Positions 26,294 through 36,914 of a stretch of DNA of 56,597 nt are shown piece after piece. The number at the start of each line of letters is the position of its first letter. Within the stretch, counting starts at the first letter, position 1. The DNA comes from a virus (taxonomy: Duplodnaviria > Caudoviricetes), in IMG/VR virus record IMGVR_UViG_3300020470_005093, positions 1 to 56,597 of that record; one strand, 5' to 3'. Below the pieces are notes generated by a model. That model was not told the origin of the DNA. It worked only from the letters and a program-made list of their open reading frames with translations, and did not search any database. A program made the translations under genes and the position numbers.

Positions 26294-29200
26294 TTAGAAA
26301 GGAGTACTAAATCCTTTTGTTGTAAATGGATATGGTGATTGGTTTCCTACATCAAAACTTATACTATTTGCAGTATCATTATACGTTACCTTAATACCAG
26401 TTTGGATACCTGCATTAATTGCATCTCCAAATGTATCTTGAGCTCTTTCACTAGTAAAGTATAAATTACCAGATCCTTCAGCAAGTGAATCGGTATTAGG
26501 GAATGCGTTAGTAGCAATACCACTCATAGAAATCCAACTTAACTGACCACTTCCTGTAGTATAAAGAACACTACTTGCAGCACCAACTTTACTTGGCAAT
26601 GTTAGTTCAACATTTTCCGCAAGTCCACTAGGTGCTGTAAGTGAAGCATAATAAGTTCTCGCATCATTATATAATGCTACTGTATTACCAACAGCAACTG
26701 TTCCATATACATCTAGAGCATCTCTAGCAGTTGCGGTATTAATACCAACCTGTCCAGTAGTATCAATAATAAATGGTTCAGTATCACTATCACTCTTATC
26801 AACTCTTACTATATTTCCAGAACCACTAGTTGATTTAACTCTGATCGATTCACCAGATGCAGAATTAACTTCTAATTTAGCACTAGGAACAGAACTTCCA
26901 ATACCAACAGAACCAGATCCTGTAATAGAGAATATAGAAGAAGTTGAGGCAGAATCATGAACTTCTAATGCATTTCCCGTACCAAATTGCTTAACGGTAA
27001 AGAGTGCATTAGTAGATGTAGCAGCAAGAGAAACATTTAATCCATCATAGGTAAAATCGTTGCCTCCACCAAAGAATCCATTATTATTATATTGAAGTGA
27101 ATATGTATTTCCTCCTGGTTGCGTAGTAGACCCAACACCGACAGTAGAATCAATAATAACAGTAGCAATACCAGTATTAGCATCTGCATATTCAGTTCTA
27201 ACTGTTACTCCATAACCGATAAAGTTAAGTTGAGTAGCAATACCTGTGTATACATTTCCAGTTCCTGTAGAAATTGCAACTCTTGGATTTGCATCTAAAG
27301 TTAAAGTAGCAATACCAACAGTCGCATCAAGCACAGTTTTAACTGTAATACCTGCACCTACAACATTAATTTGAGTGGCAAGTCCAACATAATTACCACC
27401 ACTTGCTATACCAATAGCAGCAGATGGTTCTGCACCGTTAGCACCAATCTTACTAAATTTCTCCCAACGATTTGATGATGAGTAAACCCATCCTAAGAAT
27501 CCACCAGAAGAAACTGAAGTATTATATACAACATCACCTACGTTTCCTGCTGCTGTTGGAGTAGAAATACCAACTGTATACTTTCTAGAAATCGTTTGAT
27601 CACCTTGTAAGAATAATGAAGTAGCTTCAATTCCTTTAGGAGAGTTAGAACTAATCTTATCGTTAAAGATAACTGGACCATCAAATTCTGATATCATATT
27701 AGAGTCAGGACCACCTTCAACTCTTAGAGAACGATTAACTGTTATCTCTTGGGGTGTTATTAATCCAAATCCAACATTAACACCAACTCCAATACCAGGA
27801 TCTTCTCCTGTTACTGTTGGGATTGGAGTATTAAATCTTTCTTCTTGACCTGTTTCTGCACTAACTTTTTTATTTCTAGTGTATAGATTTCCATCAGCAT
27901 TCATTGCTGTATAGTTAGCATTACCTCCATCAGTTAAGGTTGCTTGTGCTAATATTTCCTCTTGTGGAGAAATATTTCTATCCTGTCTCTCAGGAAGTGC
28001 AGTAGAATAGTTACCTGGACCATAACCAAGATATTCAAATGTATGTCCTGATGCACGAAGTAAAGAAGTTCTATGGAATTCAACTGGGTTTGGTTTGATT
28101 CTTCTAACAACTGCTCCAGAATTATGTGGATTATTAAGAGTTCCTAAAAGACCTCTGAATACCGTAATACTATCACTTGAAACAGTAGACTTAACCCTCA
28201 TTATTTCATTATCTACCATCAAGTAATCACCAATATCTAAATTATATTGAGATACACTAGTAATACCTATCGTAGTAGCAGAATCTGTTATAGGACCAGA
28301 AACAACAGTAGTAATACCAGCATATTCAGGCATCAATCTACCAGAAGTGCTTTCAGTTTCCTTAGCAACATTACCACCCTGTGAACTATATGTTGTAGGA
28401 TAAACAAACATATTACCAGTAGTTACTGGTGTTATTGTACTTACTCCAACATTAGCAACAAACGATGTAGTTGTTCCAACTTGCTTAATAACAAAAGATC
28501 CATTAAGAAGTTGAGAATCTGCTCCACCAATATGAACTTTATTATCAACCTGTAAACCATGAGTTTGGTGTGTTAAAACAGTAGCAAGTCCAACTGTACC
28601 ATCATAAACAATAGAATATACATTTAAGGTGTTACCAGTGACTCTAACATTTCCAGTTGACGCAACTGTAACTCCTATTCCAGATGTGGAAGGAGAAGAA
28701 ATTGTAGATGCAGAAGAAACAGAAATTTCTTTTTCACTACCAACACCAACTGAAGTAATTCTATAAAGAGAATCATACTTATTAAACGAGTCAGGAGAAA
28801 GACCTGTAATACTTAAGGTATCTCCAACATTATTATAAATGGATGATACTTTAAGAACTGCCTTTGTATTACTTGCGGATGTTGTAACACCAGTAACGTG
28901 TACAGTGTTACCAATACCATATGCACTACCACCATCTATAATTTTGACAGAGGTAACAGATCCACTACTTACAGTAACTCTTGCGGTTGCATATTTACCT
29001 GTCGTAGATGCTCCAATAGAAACTAATTTTGCATTATAGTAACTTCCGTCAACATAATTAGCACCAGCATTGAATATATCTACATTCGTTACACGATTTA
29101 AACCATGATCAATATCAGTATATAACGTATGAGTAGTTCCAGAAGTTCCTGATTTAATATCAGTTAAACCGAAACCAACACCAACATCAACCAGTCTCTT

Positions 29201-32200
29201 ATTCAAAGACTCTTTAGTAATAGATTTTTGTGGTTCATTAATAACAACCTGCCCAATCGGATCAGAAAGAGCAAAAGACTCTGCTGCTTGTGGATCGGAA
29301 TTAGGATTATCTCTATTGGTTTGAGGATAAAGATTCTGTATTGGTTGAGTATATCTTTCTGTAGAGAATGGTGCAACAGCAGGTTTATTAGAAGAATTAA
29401 CAACTGCTATGTGATATATTCCATCCTGTTTACTAGGAACATACTCTTGAACTTCATCAGTACTATAAACCTGATATGTTCCAGCAGTTTTCTTTGCCTT
29501 GAAGTTTGGTAAGGAAGTTGTCCTAACAGAAACATCATTAGAGAATGTTCCAGGATTAGTTGGTATAGAAATACTAAACTGTTTTGCACTACTAATTCCA
29601 GTAACAGTAAATGTACCATTAAATGCAGAATTTGCTACTCCAACAGAGTTAGTACTAGTTTTTATATTAACAATTTCTACAGTAGAACCAACCGTCAAAT
29701 CGTGAGGAATCTCTGTAATAATATTTCCTACAGTACTAGACCAATTAGCATCAGCAATATACCTTGGATTTCTTAATTGAGTAGAATTGGAAAGAGATGT
29801 TGTTGTAGGGCTGTACAAATATGCAACCTCTGCATCAGTGGATCCAATTGAAGTACTTGATTTCTCAATAATATATCCTTCAATAGGTGGACGTGCAACT
29901 ACTGAAGAATCTTTAGATAAAACATATCTGTAACGATAAAGTGTATCATCTAATGTTCTAGTATCTGGTTTACGTGTAATGAATGATCTTGGAGTAGCAG
30001 AACCAAGTCCTGTTGATCCCACTCCTACTATAATATCATAAAGAGACCTTTCAGTCGCAGCAGTAGCAACATTGGTATACCACTGAGAATTTGCTGCATC
30101 ATATTGTATTGGGTGTCCAATATCTCCAGATTTCTTATCAGATACTCTACTCTCAATCGTTAAAACACCACCATTACTATTAATCTCAACTGGTTTTGTT
30201 GGACTTGTTATAGTATCATTTAAAGTTTGAGCAATTTTAATTTGATCTGCATTTAAACCACTAGTAATAGCAAAATAAACAGTATTATGAGTTAAACCAT
30301 CAGGAATGTGACCATTTTGACTAACTAATCTAATTTTCTCACCATTAATCAAACTATGATTCTCAGTAAAGGTTAGAGTATTTGAAGTAATACTATTTGC
30401 AGTTCCAGCTCTACCTACAGTAAACTCTTTCTGAGCAGATATCTCATTAGAAGTAAACTGAGTATTCGGCATAATGACACGAGCCGAATAGGTAGTAGAA
30501 ATACCACCACTAGTTAATGAAACATTTAATAATTCATTATTCTTTGCACCTACTCTATATCCATCAACAATAGTGTCAGGTGGTGCTTCTAAATTAGTTT
30601 GATTGTAAAGGTATAATCTATTAGTAGTACCTACACCTACAGTTTTATTAACATCAATCGAATTAAACTCTAATGATATGTCTTTATTCTCATTTTCTTT
30701 TGGAGGAATAATATGGGTAAAATATCCAATATCATCTCTAGTATAAGCATTCTTTCTAAATCCACTAGAATATAAAGCATGAGCACCAAAGTTAGAGTTA
30801 GAGTTAGTGATACTCATATCACCACCAGTATCAGCTACGAAATGCTTTGCATATCCAATAGCAAATACAGATGCTATTTGAATAACTGCACCATTCGATG
30901 CTTTAACATGATAGTTAGCATAATCTGGCTTATATCTTGCTCTAGAATCAGAAGCAATATTTTCATTACCAGGTGAAGTGGAATCTAAGTATGTTCCAAT
31001 AGTTTCATCATACTTCACAAAGGCGTTATTATCCTTCTGCAGACCAATACCCGTAAACTGAGCACAGACCATAGACTTAAATCCATCTGCCTTATCACCA
31101 TCAGCATGGAGACCATTCATACCATAAACAGATTTCTGAGAACAGTTAAAGATATATGGTGAGGCAGATGTAACAGTATCTACTGCAATTGTTATTGTAG
31201 CACCAACAACTGAAGGAAGAGGATCTGCAGGAGAGTTTTGTACCTTATATTCTATATTAGTAGCATCTACTTTTTTAGATATAACATATTGACCATCATA
31301 ACCAGCAGAACCAATAGATTCAATTCTAATAGGAGTATCAACGTCAAATGCTGTTGCTGCTTCTGCTAATGTTACTGTAATTGTTGTATCAGATGTAGTT
31401 CCGTCACCAGCACGAATACTTGTGATTCCTACTTCTACTCCTTTTGATCCTACAATACGATACTCATCAATCTTAGGTTGTATATCAAGTCCTGTTGATG
31501 GATAATCGGGTTCAATTTCACGACCAGAAGCAGGACCATATGCAAGACCTACTTTCTCATAATACATATCAAGATCAGTTCTAGTATAATCACCATCAGT
31601 ACCACTTATAAAAGTATCATCAATGTCTACATTATTAGCACCATCAGCAAACTCAAATGTAGTTAACTTATGGTGTGAAAAATTAGGAACAAATTTATTT
31701 GAAGTATAATCTTTATAAGCAACACCATTAGGGTCTGCATCTAATATTTGGAATCCTTGGAAGTAAGAAGAACCAGTTATTCTAAAAATAGCACTTCTAT
31801 CAATAAGATTACTTTCTGGATTAGGAACATATTTTGGACGTATTTTACATTTTCTTACATCTATACCAACAATAGAACAACCACGAGGAACTATAACACC
31901 ACCATATACACTATTCAACTTATAAAGGGCATTAGTTGAAGATGATAAATCAAAATTAGTAGTTAAATCCCAAGCTCCAAAGGCATTTGATACCTCACCA
32001 CTCCTTAATTTGTACGTATTAGCACCAACAGGAATCCAACCAGGTCTATTATCTATTACATGCTCTCCAGGATAAACATAAATGGTAGTTTTATTAAACC
32101 TATCATTATCTAATCCTTTCTGATATGAAAACCTTGATGTTTCTGCTAATGCTCTTTGAATAGTTTTAAAGGGTCTCGTTAGCGAGTTTCCCTGATTCTC

Positions 32201-32293
32201 AATACTGTCCGTTGCATCCAGACTGTTTGGATCAACGTATATAACAGTACCTCTTACTGATTTGAGAAAATTATCTAATCTGGAAAGACCCAT
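26294..32293 (-). CDS. large virion structural protein (1999 aa)
   Basis: MGLSRLDNFLK...RPFKTIQRAL N-terminus recognised from cyanomyovirus structural proteins; fibre modules at the C-terminus. Confidence 0.85.
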   Translation of the reverse strand: MGLSRLDNFLKSVRGTVIYVDPNSLDATDSIENQGNSLTRPFKTIQRALAETSRFSYQKGLDNDRFNKTTIYVYPGEHVIDNRPGWIPVGANTYKLRSGEVSNAFGAWDLTTNFDLSSSTNALYKLNSVYGGVIVPRGCSIVGIDVRKCKIRPKYVPNPESNLIDRSAIFRITGSSYFQGFQILDADPNGVAYKDYTSNKFVPNFSHHKLTTFEFADGANNVDIDDTFISGTDGDYTRTDLDMYYEKVGLAYGPASGREIEPDYPSTGLDIQPKIDEYRIVGSKGVEVGITSIRAGDGTTSDTTITVTLAEAATAFDVDTPIRIESIGSAGYDGQYVISKKVDATNIEYKVQNSPADPLPSVVGATITIAVDTVTSASPYIFNCSQKSVYGMNGLHADGDKADGFKSMVCAQFTGIGLQKDNNAFVKYDETIGTYLDSTSPGNENIASDSRARYKPDYANYHVKASNGAVIQIASVFAIGYAKHFVADTGGDMSITNSNSNFGAHALYSSGFRKNAYTRDDIGYFTHIIPPKENENKDISLEFNSIDVNKTVGVGTTNRLYLYNQTNLEAPPDTIVDGYRVGAKNNELLNVSLTSGGISTTYSARVIMPNTQFTSNEISAQKEFTVGRAGTANSITSNTLTFTENHSLINGEKIRLVSQNGHIPDGLTHNTVYFAITSGLNADQIKIAQTLNDTITSPTKPVEINSNGGVLTIESRVSDKKSGDIGHPIQYDAANSQWYTNVATAATERSLYDIIVGVGSTGLGSATPRSFITRKPDTRTLDDTLYRYRYVLSKDSSVVARPPIEGYIIEKSSTSIGSTDAEVAYLYSPTTTSLSNSTQLRNPRYIADANWSSTVGNIITEIPHDLTVGSTVEIVNIKTSTNSVGVANSAFNGTFTVTGISSAKQFSISIPTNPGTFSNDVSVRTTSLPNFKAKKTAGTYQVYSTDEVQEYVPSKQDGIYHIAVVNSSNKPAVAPFSTERYTQPIQNLYPQTNRDNPNSDPQAAESFALSDPIGQVVINEPQKSITKESLNKRLVDVGVGFGLTDIKSGTSGTTHTLYTDIDHGLNRVTNVDIFNAGANYVDGSYYNAKLVSIGASTTGKYATARVTVSSGSVTSVKIIDGGSAYGIGNTVHVTGVTTSASNTKAVLKVSSIYNNVGDTLSITGLSPDSFNKYDSLYRITSVGVGSEKEISVSSASTISSPSTSGIGVTVASTGNVRVTGNTLNVYSIVYDGTVGLATVLTHQTHGLQVDNKVHIGGADSQLLNGSFVIKQVGTTTSFVANVGVSTITPVTTGNMFVYPTTYSSQGGNVAKETESTSGRLMPEYAGITTVVSGPITDSATTIGITSVSQYNLDIGDYLMVDNEIMRVKSTVSSDSITVFRGLLGTLNNPHNSGAVVRRIKPNPVEFHRTSLLRASGHTFEYLGYGPGNYSTALPERQDRNISPQEEILAQATLTDGGNANYTAMNADGNLYTRNKKVSAETGQEERFNTPIPTVTGEDPGIGVGVNVGFGLITPQEITVNRSLRVEGGPDSNMISEFDGPVIFNDKISSNSPKGIEATSLFLQGDQTISRKYTVGISTPTAAGNVGDVVYNTSVSSGGFLGWVYSSSNRWEKFSKIGANGAEPSAAIGIASGGNYVGLATQINVVGAGITVKTVLDATVGIATLTLDANPRVAISTGTGNVYTGIATQLNFIGYGVTVRTEYADANTGIATVIIDSTVGVGSTTQPGGNTYSLQYNNNGFFGGGNDFTYDGLNVSLAATSTNALFTVKQFGTGNALEVHDSASTSSIFSITGSGSVGIGSSVPSAKLEVNSASGESIRVKSTSGSGNIVRVDKSDSDTEPFIIDTTGQVGINTATARDALDVYGTVAVGNTVALYNDARTYYASLTAPSGLAENVELTLPSKVGAASSVLYTTGSGQLSWISMSGIATNAFPNTDSLAEGSGNLYFTSERAQDTFGDAINAGIQTGIKVTYNDTANSISFDVGNQSPYPFTTKGFSTPF

Positions 32294-32323
32294 TTTTACT
32301 AATTCTTATAGTCCCTTATGGTT

Positions 32324-32330
32324 TATTTAG
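32324..32330 (-). promoter_or_regulatory. late promoter-like (CTAAATA)
   Basis: Intergenic, ~30 nt upstream of ATG 32293. Confidence 0.55.
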
Positions 32331-32337
32331 CATTTTC

Positions 32338-32532
32338 TCAAAGGGGATTTGCATAGGATAATGTATCCTCATCTAGAGTTTTGCGAACAAAATCCAACGC
32401 ACTCATAAATTCCTCTACCGTATCACACTCAACGACATTCTCCCTCCCCTCATCAGAATAAAGATATATTTTTCTTTTAAGAGGATCTACCACACACCTA
32501 GACAAATAATCATTATCCATACCATTCTCCAA
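32338..32532 (-). CDS. hypothetical cyanophage protein
   Basis: 64-aa ORF in operon context. Confidence 0.7.
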   Translation of the reverse strand: MENGMDNDYLSRCVVDPLKRKIYLYSDEGRENVVECDTVEEFMSALDFVRKTLDEDTLSYANPL

Positions 32533-32552
32533 TTTACCACTATCTATACTAA

Positions 32553-33443
32553 TTATAATCCCTTTGTCAACCCATCTAACTTTTCTCTAGCGACTTCCTT
32601 AACAAGTCTTTCCATGTTATCATTTTCCCAACTAAATGAATATCCCTCATTTCCTCCAGGATAATCCAAATGACTTTCTCCTTGATATTCTACTATAAGA
32701 TCATCATCTACTCTCTTAGCAGTAATATGATAAAAACAATCAATAGGCATACCACCTTGAGATTGTAAATGAATCTTTTTATTATCCCATCTCTTTACAA
32801 TAACATTCTGATGAGAACCTACAGGAGTAAGTTGAACAGTAATACTATCAACCTTAACTAATCCATCCCAATAAGAAGGTAATACAATTTCCTTACTATT
32901 CTTTACTCTTCCTCTACAATATACTGCAATCTCTGGTCCTTCAATACACACATGCCTCAATCTCCATCCTTTTTTATTAGGATGCTCCATATCAAAAGGA
33001 AGATTTTTCTTGTTCGAAAGAATATGAGCTCCACCATTAGATTTAACTTCACCACCAGCCAATAAAGTACCACCAAGAGTGATATCTCCCGTTACTCTCT
33101 CATCTCCATCTAAATCAATATCTCCTTTCTGATCCGTATTACCCGTTTGATCAGTATTACCTTTTATTTTAACAGAAAATCCACTAATATTATCATCACC
33201 ATCAATCTGAACATCTCCTTTTACATGAAGAGATGTGGTTGGATGGGTATCCGAATCCGTATTATATTCATGTCCAACCATTAAAGTTGCATCAACAGAA
33301 GAAAAATCAGAATCAGTACCAATCTGAACTGGACCTTCAGCATAAGCAGATCCTCTAATTTCCTCCTCACCCTTTCCTAATGCTGCAGGTTTACCACATC
33401 CTACAAATAATCTTTTACCTATGAATAAATCAGCTAATTTCAT
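32553..33443 (-). CDS. baseplate spike/tail-associated protein
   Basis: Short beta repeats (GDVQIDG, GDIDLDG, GDITLGG), then FDMEHP...LRHVCIEGPE domain; downstream of gp5. Confidence 0.6.
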   Translation of the reverse strand: MKLADLFIGKRLFVGCGKPAALGKGEEEIRGSAYAEGPVQIGTDSDFSSVDATLMVGHEYNTDSDTHPTTSLHVKGDVQIDGDDNISGFSVKIKGNTDQTGNTDQKGDIDLDGDERVTGDITLGGTLLAGGEVKSNGGAHILSNKKNLPFDMEHPNKKGWRLRHVCIEGPEIAVYCRGRVKNSKEIVLPSYWDGLVKVDSITVQLTPVGSHQNVIVKRWDNKKIHLQSQGGMPIDCFYHITAKRVDDDLIVEYQGESHLDYPGGNEGYSFSWENDNMERLVKEVAREKLDGLTKGL

Positions 33444-34036
33444 TTATGTTGCCCCTCATTTACAGATGCAGGTCCACCGCAAGTTTTAGACCCTTTAATT
33501 TTAGTAGCTCCGTCAGCCATATCAACCAATCCACCATAAAGATTTAGTATACTTTCACCTATAACCTCTACAGTTTTTTCTGAAAAGAATTTACTAGAAA
33601 CCGTTGATTTCACCTCAACGGTTTGTGCATTCAAAAGAATTTGACTATTAGCATCTATCTGAACAACCCCATTCTCACCATCAGATCCACTAGCAAATAA
33701 TTCAATATTTTCTGCATATATCCTAACCTTTCCTTTAGGTGCTCCTATAACAATATCACCATTTTCTGCTAATTGATAAATTGCTGGAATACCACCTTCT
33801 TCTAAATCTTTACCAGCTTTTATACTAAATTCGCCAGGACATACATTCAAGGTAGACCCTTTCCTACCCATCGCCACATCACCAGTAGAATCCATCGTCA
33901 TATAATGACGACCACCATCTTCTCCAGTTCTCAACATAACCCCAGAAAGGTTAGTATCATCATGAAGATGACCAAACTTTATTTCTCCATGTTCAGTACC
34001 ATATCTAACAGCATGGTAATTTTTTCTTTGAGACAT
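33440..34036 (-). CDS. gp5 C-terminal-like beta-helix protein
   Basis: AENGDIVIGAPKGKVRIYAENIEL; follows gp5. Confidence 0.55.
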   Translation of the reverse strand: MSQRKNYHAVRYGTEHGEIKFGHLHDDTNLSGVMLRTGEDGGRHYMTMDSTGDVAMGRKGSTLNVCPGEFSIKAGKDLEEGGIPAIYQLAENGDIVIGAPKGKVRIYAENIELFASGSDGENGVVQIDANSQILLNAQTVEVKSTVSSKFFSEKTVEVIGESILNLYGGLVDMADGATKIKGSKTCGGPASVNEGQHK

Positions 34037-36636
34037 TAAACTCTACCTACACAATCGATAACGTTAACAATAGATTCAGAAGGTGGAATAACTTCTTGAG
34101 TATCATCTGCACCTGAAGCTGAATCAGCAACTCTATTTACATTAAAAACTGGAACTATGGTTGCATTATAACCTGTTTTACTTCGAATGTAAACATTTGG
34201 TTCTTCAACAAATCCCTGACCCTTAGATATAACATCTACACCTGTTAATGATCCTGTACCATCTACCTTAACTTTTAATTCAGCACCATTTCTAGGTTCA
34301 ATAACAACAGTATCATCTTCTTTATAATTAAATCCAGAATCTGTAATAAACACAGAACCAATTTCCAAAATAACAGGGTAAGATCCATCACCTAAAGAAG
34401 GGTATGCTCCAGTTCTTTCATTTGAAAGTGTTGGAATAGGTTTAGATATAGTAAGAGAATTAGTACCTCCTGTTCCCGTATCAGAAGGAGAAATAATACC
34501 ATTAACATTAATACTACTAACAGTTGCAGGAGGTGTAGTTATGGTTTCTTGAACAGTAACATCAGTTATAACTCCACCAGGATATGTAATTTCATCTCCA
34601 GGAAAAACTTCAACTGTTTGACCTGGTTTCATTGGTGTTTCATAAGTTCCATCTGCTCTTTTAAGAGTAGTTTCATCAGCATTAGCCCAAGTTCTACCAT
34701 CACCACCTTGACTTCCATCAGGTGTAGGAATATAACCTATTCCACCATTAATAACTGCAACACTTACAACCCCCAAAGGTGTACCTTCAGGATAAGTTCC
34801 ATCATCATTTTGTGCAACAGAACTATCTGGTATATAAAGAATATTACCATCATCATCTACACTACTAGTTGCTACTACAGGACCAAGAATAGCTTTACCA
34901 CTAGCACCTCTACCCTTATTACATGCATCATTAAATTGAACAAAAGGAGGAACTTTAAATCCAAATCCAGATTGTATCAAATCAACTCCAAGAACACTAC
35001 CACTACCACTCACTATAGCATTACCCAATACACCTTTAACTGCACCAGCAATACCAGTACCACCAAAAAACTCTACGGTAGGAGGACCACAAAACTTAGG
35101 ACCAACATTACAACCTCCACCTAAAGAATCAAATACATCACTAAATCCACCACCTAAAACAGAACTTAAAGCATTAGTTGCTCCGAGAGCATCATCAATA
35201 CCACCCACTACACCTTTACCAATAGCATTTTTCAATCCACCACCAGCAATACTTTGCGCTAACCCCTTAACTCCAGAAAGTGCAGCTTTTGCTTGATCCG
35301 CAAATCCTTTAACTTCAGTAACCAAACTAGAAAGATTTGTATTAGGAACAGGCATTGCACCTTTCCAAGGACTCCATTCTCTAATATCTGACTCAGCAGG
35401 ATCATCTTCACAATCAAGGAAAGAAATACTATCAATTACAAAATCTACAGGATTACCAGTTATAGATGACATATCAAAAACCCCAAGAAGAGATTTAACA
35501 GGTCCAAGAAGATCGTCAAGACCTCCTGCAACAATACCACTTATCTTACCTAGTAATGATCCTATAAAATTTTCAACAGCACATAAAGGTGTATTAATAA
35601 ATTTATCTACAGCATTTTCTAAAAACCCACCAACCATATCAAAAAGACCATCTATTAATCCCTTAAACATACAAGCAATAGCATCGTTTGCAGTTTCTAC
35701 AGCAGCTTTTAATGCTGGTCTTTCAGTAGGAAACAAATCAAAATACTTATCTTTCATATTAAAGTTAAGTTTACTTGTCACATTCTGCTGCACTTCCTTT
35801 AAAATAGTTTTAACATTACCAGATATCATCTTGGTAGCATTTCTCATAGATTTCTGAATAGCCGCATCAACATCATCTACCTTTGTTGATACTTTCGTCT
35901 CCCAATCAGTTAGTGATTTTTTATATCTCTGAACATCTGCAATCAAATTTTTAACTTCCTTTTGAATTCTAGGTAAAGGAGCTTTTTCTTTTAACGTGGG
36001 TACTGGGATAGGTTCTGAATTTAATCCATTAATATATTGTTCTCTAGTTGCTCCATCTGATCGACTATCATATCCTGTAGAAGATTCAATAGCAGTATCA
36101 TTATTAATATTTTCTACTTCACCTGGAAACTTGAATGCTTTAGCAATCAGTTCCAAATCCTGTACTATTGGCAATGCTGCTCTACTAACTTTTCCAGGAT
36201 TACTTGTATATCCACTAAAAGGTACAAAAGCAACTTCAGGAATATCCTTTTGTATAGCAGTAAAATCATTATTATCAATTACACCCATAATAACAGGCAT
36301 TTGCCCATCATCACCGTCTAAAAAGAAACCATATACAAAATTACCCTGTCTTAGGTTGGGTGACATAGATGCCCCACCAGCACCAGAACCAGCAGTAACA
36401 GGAAAAACAACTCCACACCAAGGAAGTTCCTCATCAGCTAGTTCTTTAGATGCAGGATGATACCCCATAATACGGACTTTATATCTCCACCCAAATCCAT
36501 CATGCTCCTTATTAGTAGGAGTACTCATTCCTGGAATATTAGTTCGCCATGTTTTTTCATCAGCAATTTGACCTATCCACCAGACAAGTCCATCCTTACC
36601 ATAAAAATGTTTTTTAAAAAGTCCTTGCTCTATCAT
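34036..36636 (-). CDS. gp5: baseplate hub protein gp5
   Basis: WWIGQI...RYKVRIMGYH...LPW...VYGFFLDG...PVIMG OB-fold motifs. Confidence 0.85.
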   Translation of the reverse strand: MIEQGLFKKHFYGKDGLVWWIGQIADEKTWRTNIPGMSTPTNKEHDGFGWRYKVRIMGYHPASKELADEELPWCGVVFPVTAGSGAGGASMSPNLRQGNFVYGFFLDGDDGQMPVIMGVIDNNDFTAIQKDIPEVAFVPFSGYTSNPGKVSRAALPIVQDLELIAKAFKFPGEVENINNDTAIESSTGYDSRSDGATREQYINGLNSEPIPVPTLKEKAPLPRIQKEVKNLIADVQRYKKSLTDWETKVSTKVDDVDAAIQKSMRNATKMISGNVKTILKEVQQNVTSKLNFNMKDKYFDLFPTERPALKAAVETANDAIACMFKGLIDGLFDMVGGFLENAVDKFINTPLCAVENFIGSLLGKISGIVAGGLDDLLGPVKSLLGVFDMSSITGNPVDFVIDSISFLDCEDDPAESDIREWSPWKGAMPVPNTNLSSLVTEVKGFADQAKAALSGVKGLAQSIAGGGLKNAIGKGVVGGIDDALGATNALSSVLGGGFSDVFDSLGGGCNVGPKFCGPPTVEFFGGTGIAGAVKGVLGNAIVSGSGSVLGVDLIQSGFGFKVPPFVQFNDACNKGRGASGKAILGPVVATSSVDDDGNILYIPDSSVAQNDDGTYPEGTPLGVVSVAVINGGIGYIPTPDGSQGGDGRTWANADETTLKRADGTYETPMKPGQTVEVFPGDEITYPGGVITDVTVQETITTPPATVSSINVNGIISPSDTGTGGTNSLTISKPIPTLSNERTGAYPSLGDGSYPVILEIGSVFITDSGFNYKEDDTVVIEPRNGAELKVKVDGTGSLTGVDVISKGQGFVEEPNVYIRSKTGYNATIVPVFNVNRVADSASGADDTQEVIPPSESIVNVIDCVGRV

Positions 36637-36905
36637 TAGTCGTCGTAAACTTTACATTCTGCTGCATCTGGATGATTATCACAATAGACCTCTAGATGTG
36701 AATCCTCGTGTCTGGTGTGCCAATCATTTATCTTTCCATCATTTGAATTTACTTCTGATTCATCATGAGCATGAAATGCATCATTGTGCATTTTCAAATC
36801 CTCTTCACTATACTCGTGCATACCATGATTGATATGCTCCTTACCATCTTTAGGATCTAGGTAAACCTCATGGTTTAAATCGTGATTTGGAGTTTTAGTA
36901 GTCAT
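36636..36905 (-). CDS. His-rich protein with CP12 C-terminal motif
   Basis: LEVYCDNHPDAAECKVYDD matches the CP12 C-terminal disulfide loop; 12 His. Confidence 0.75.
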   Translation of the reverse strand: MTTKTPNHDLNHEVYLDPKDGKEHINHGMHEYSEEDLKMHNDAFHAHDESEVNSNDGKINDWHTRHEDSHLEVYCDNHPDAAECKVYDD

Positions 36906-36914
36906 AATTTTTCC

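Noticed and set aside
34549-36460. Plus-strand ORFs of 191 and 154 aa
   Set aside because: Antisense shadows of gp5 with no motifs; the same applies to the other short opposite-strand or out-of-frame ORFs in the track
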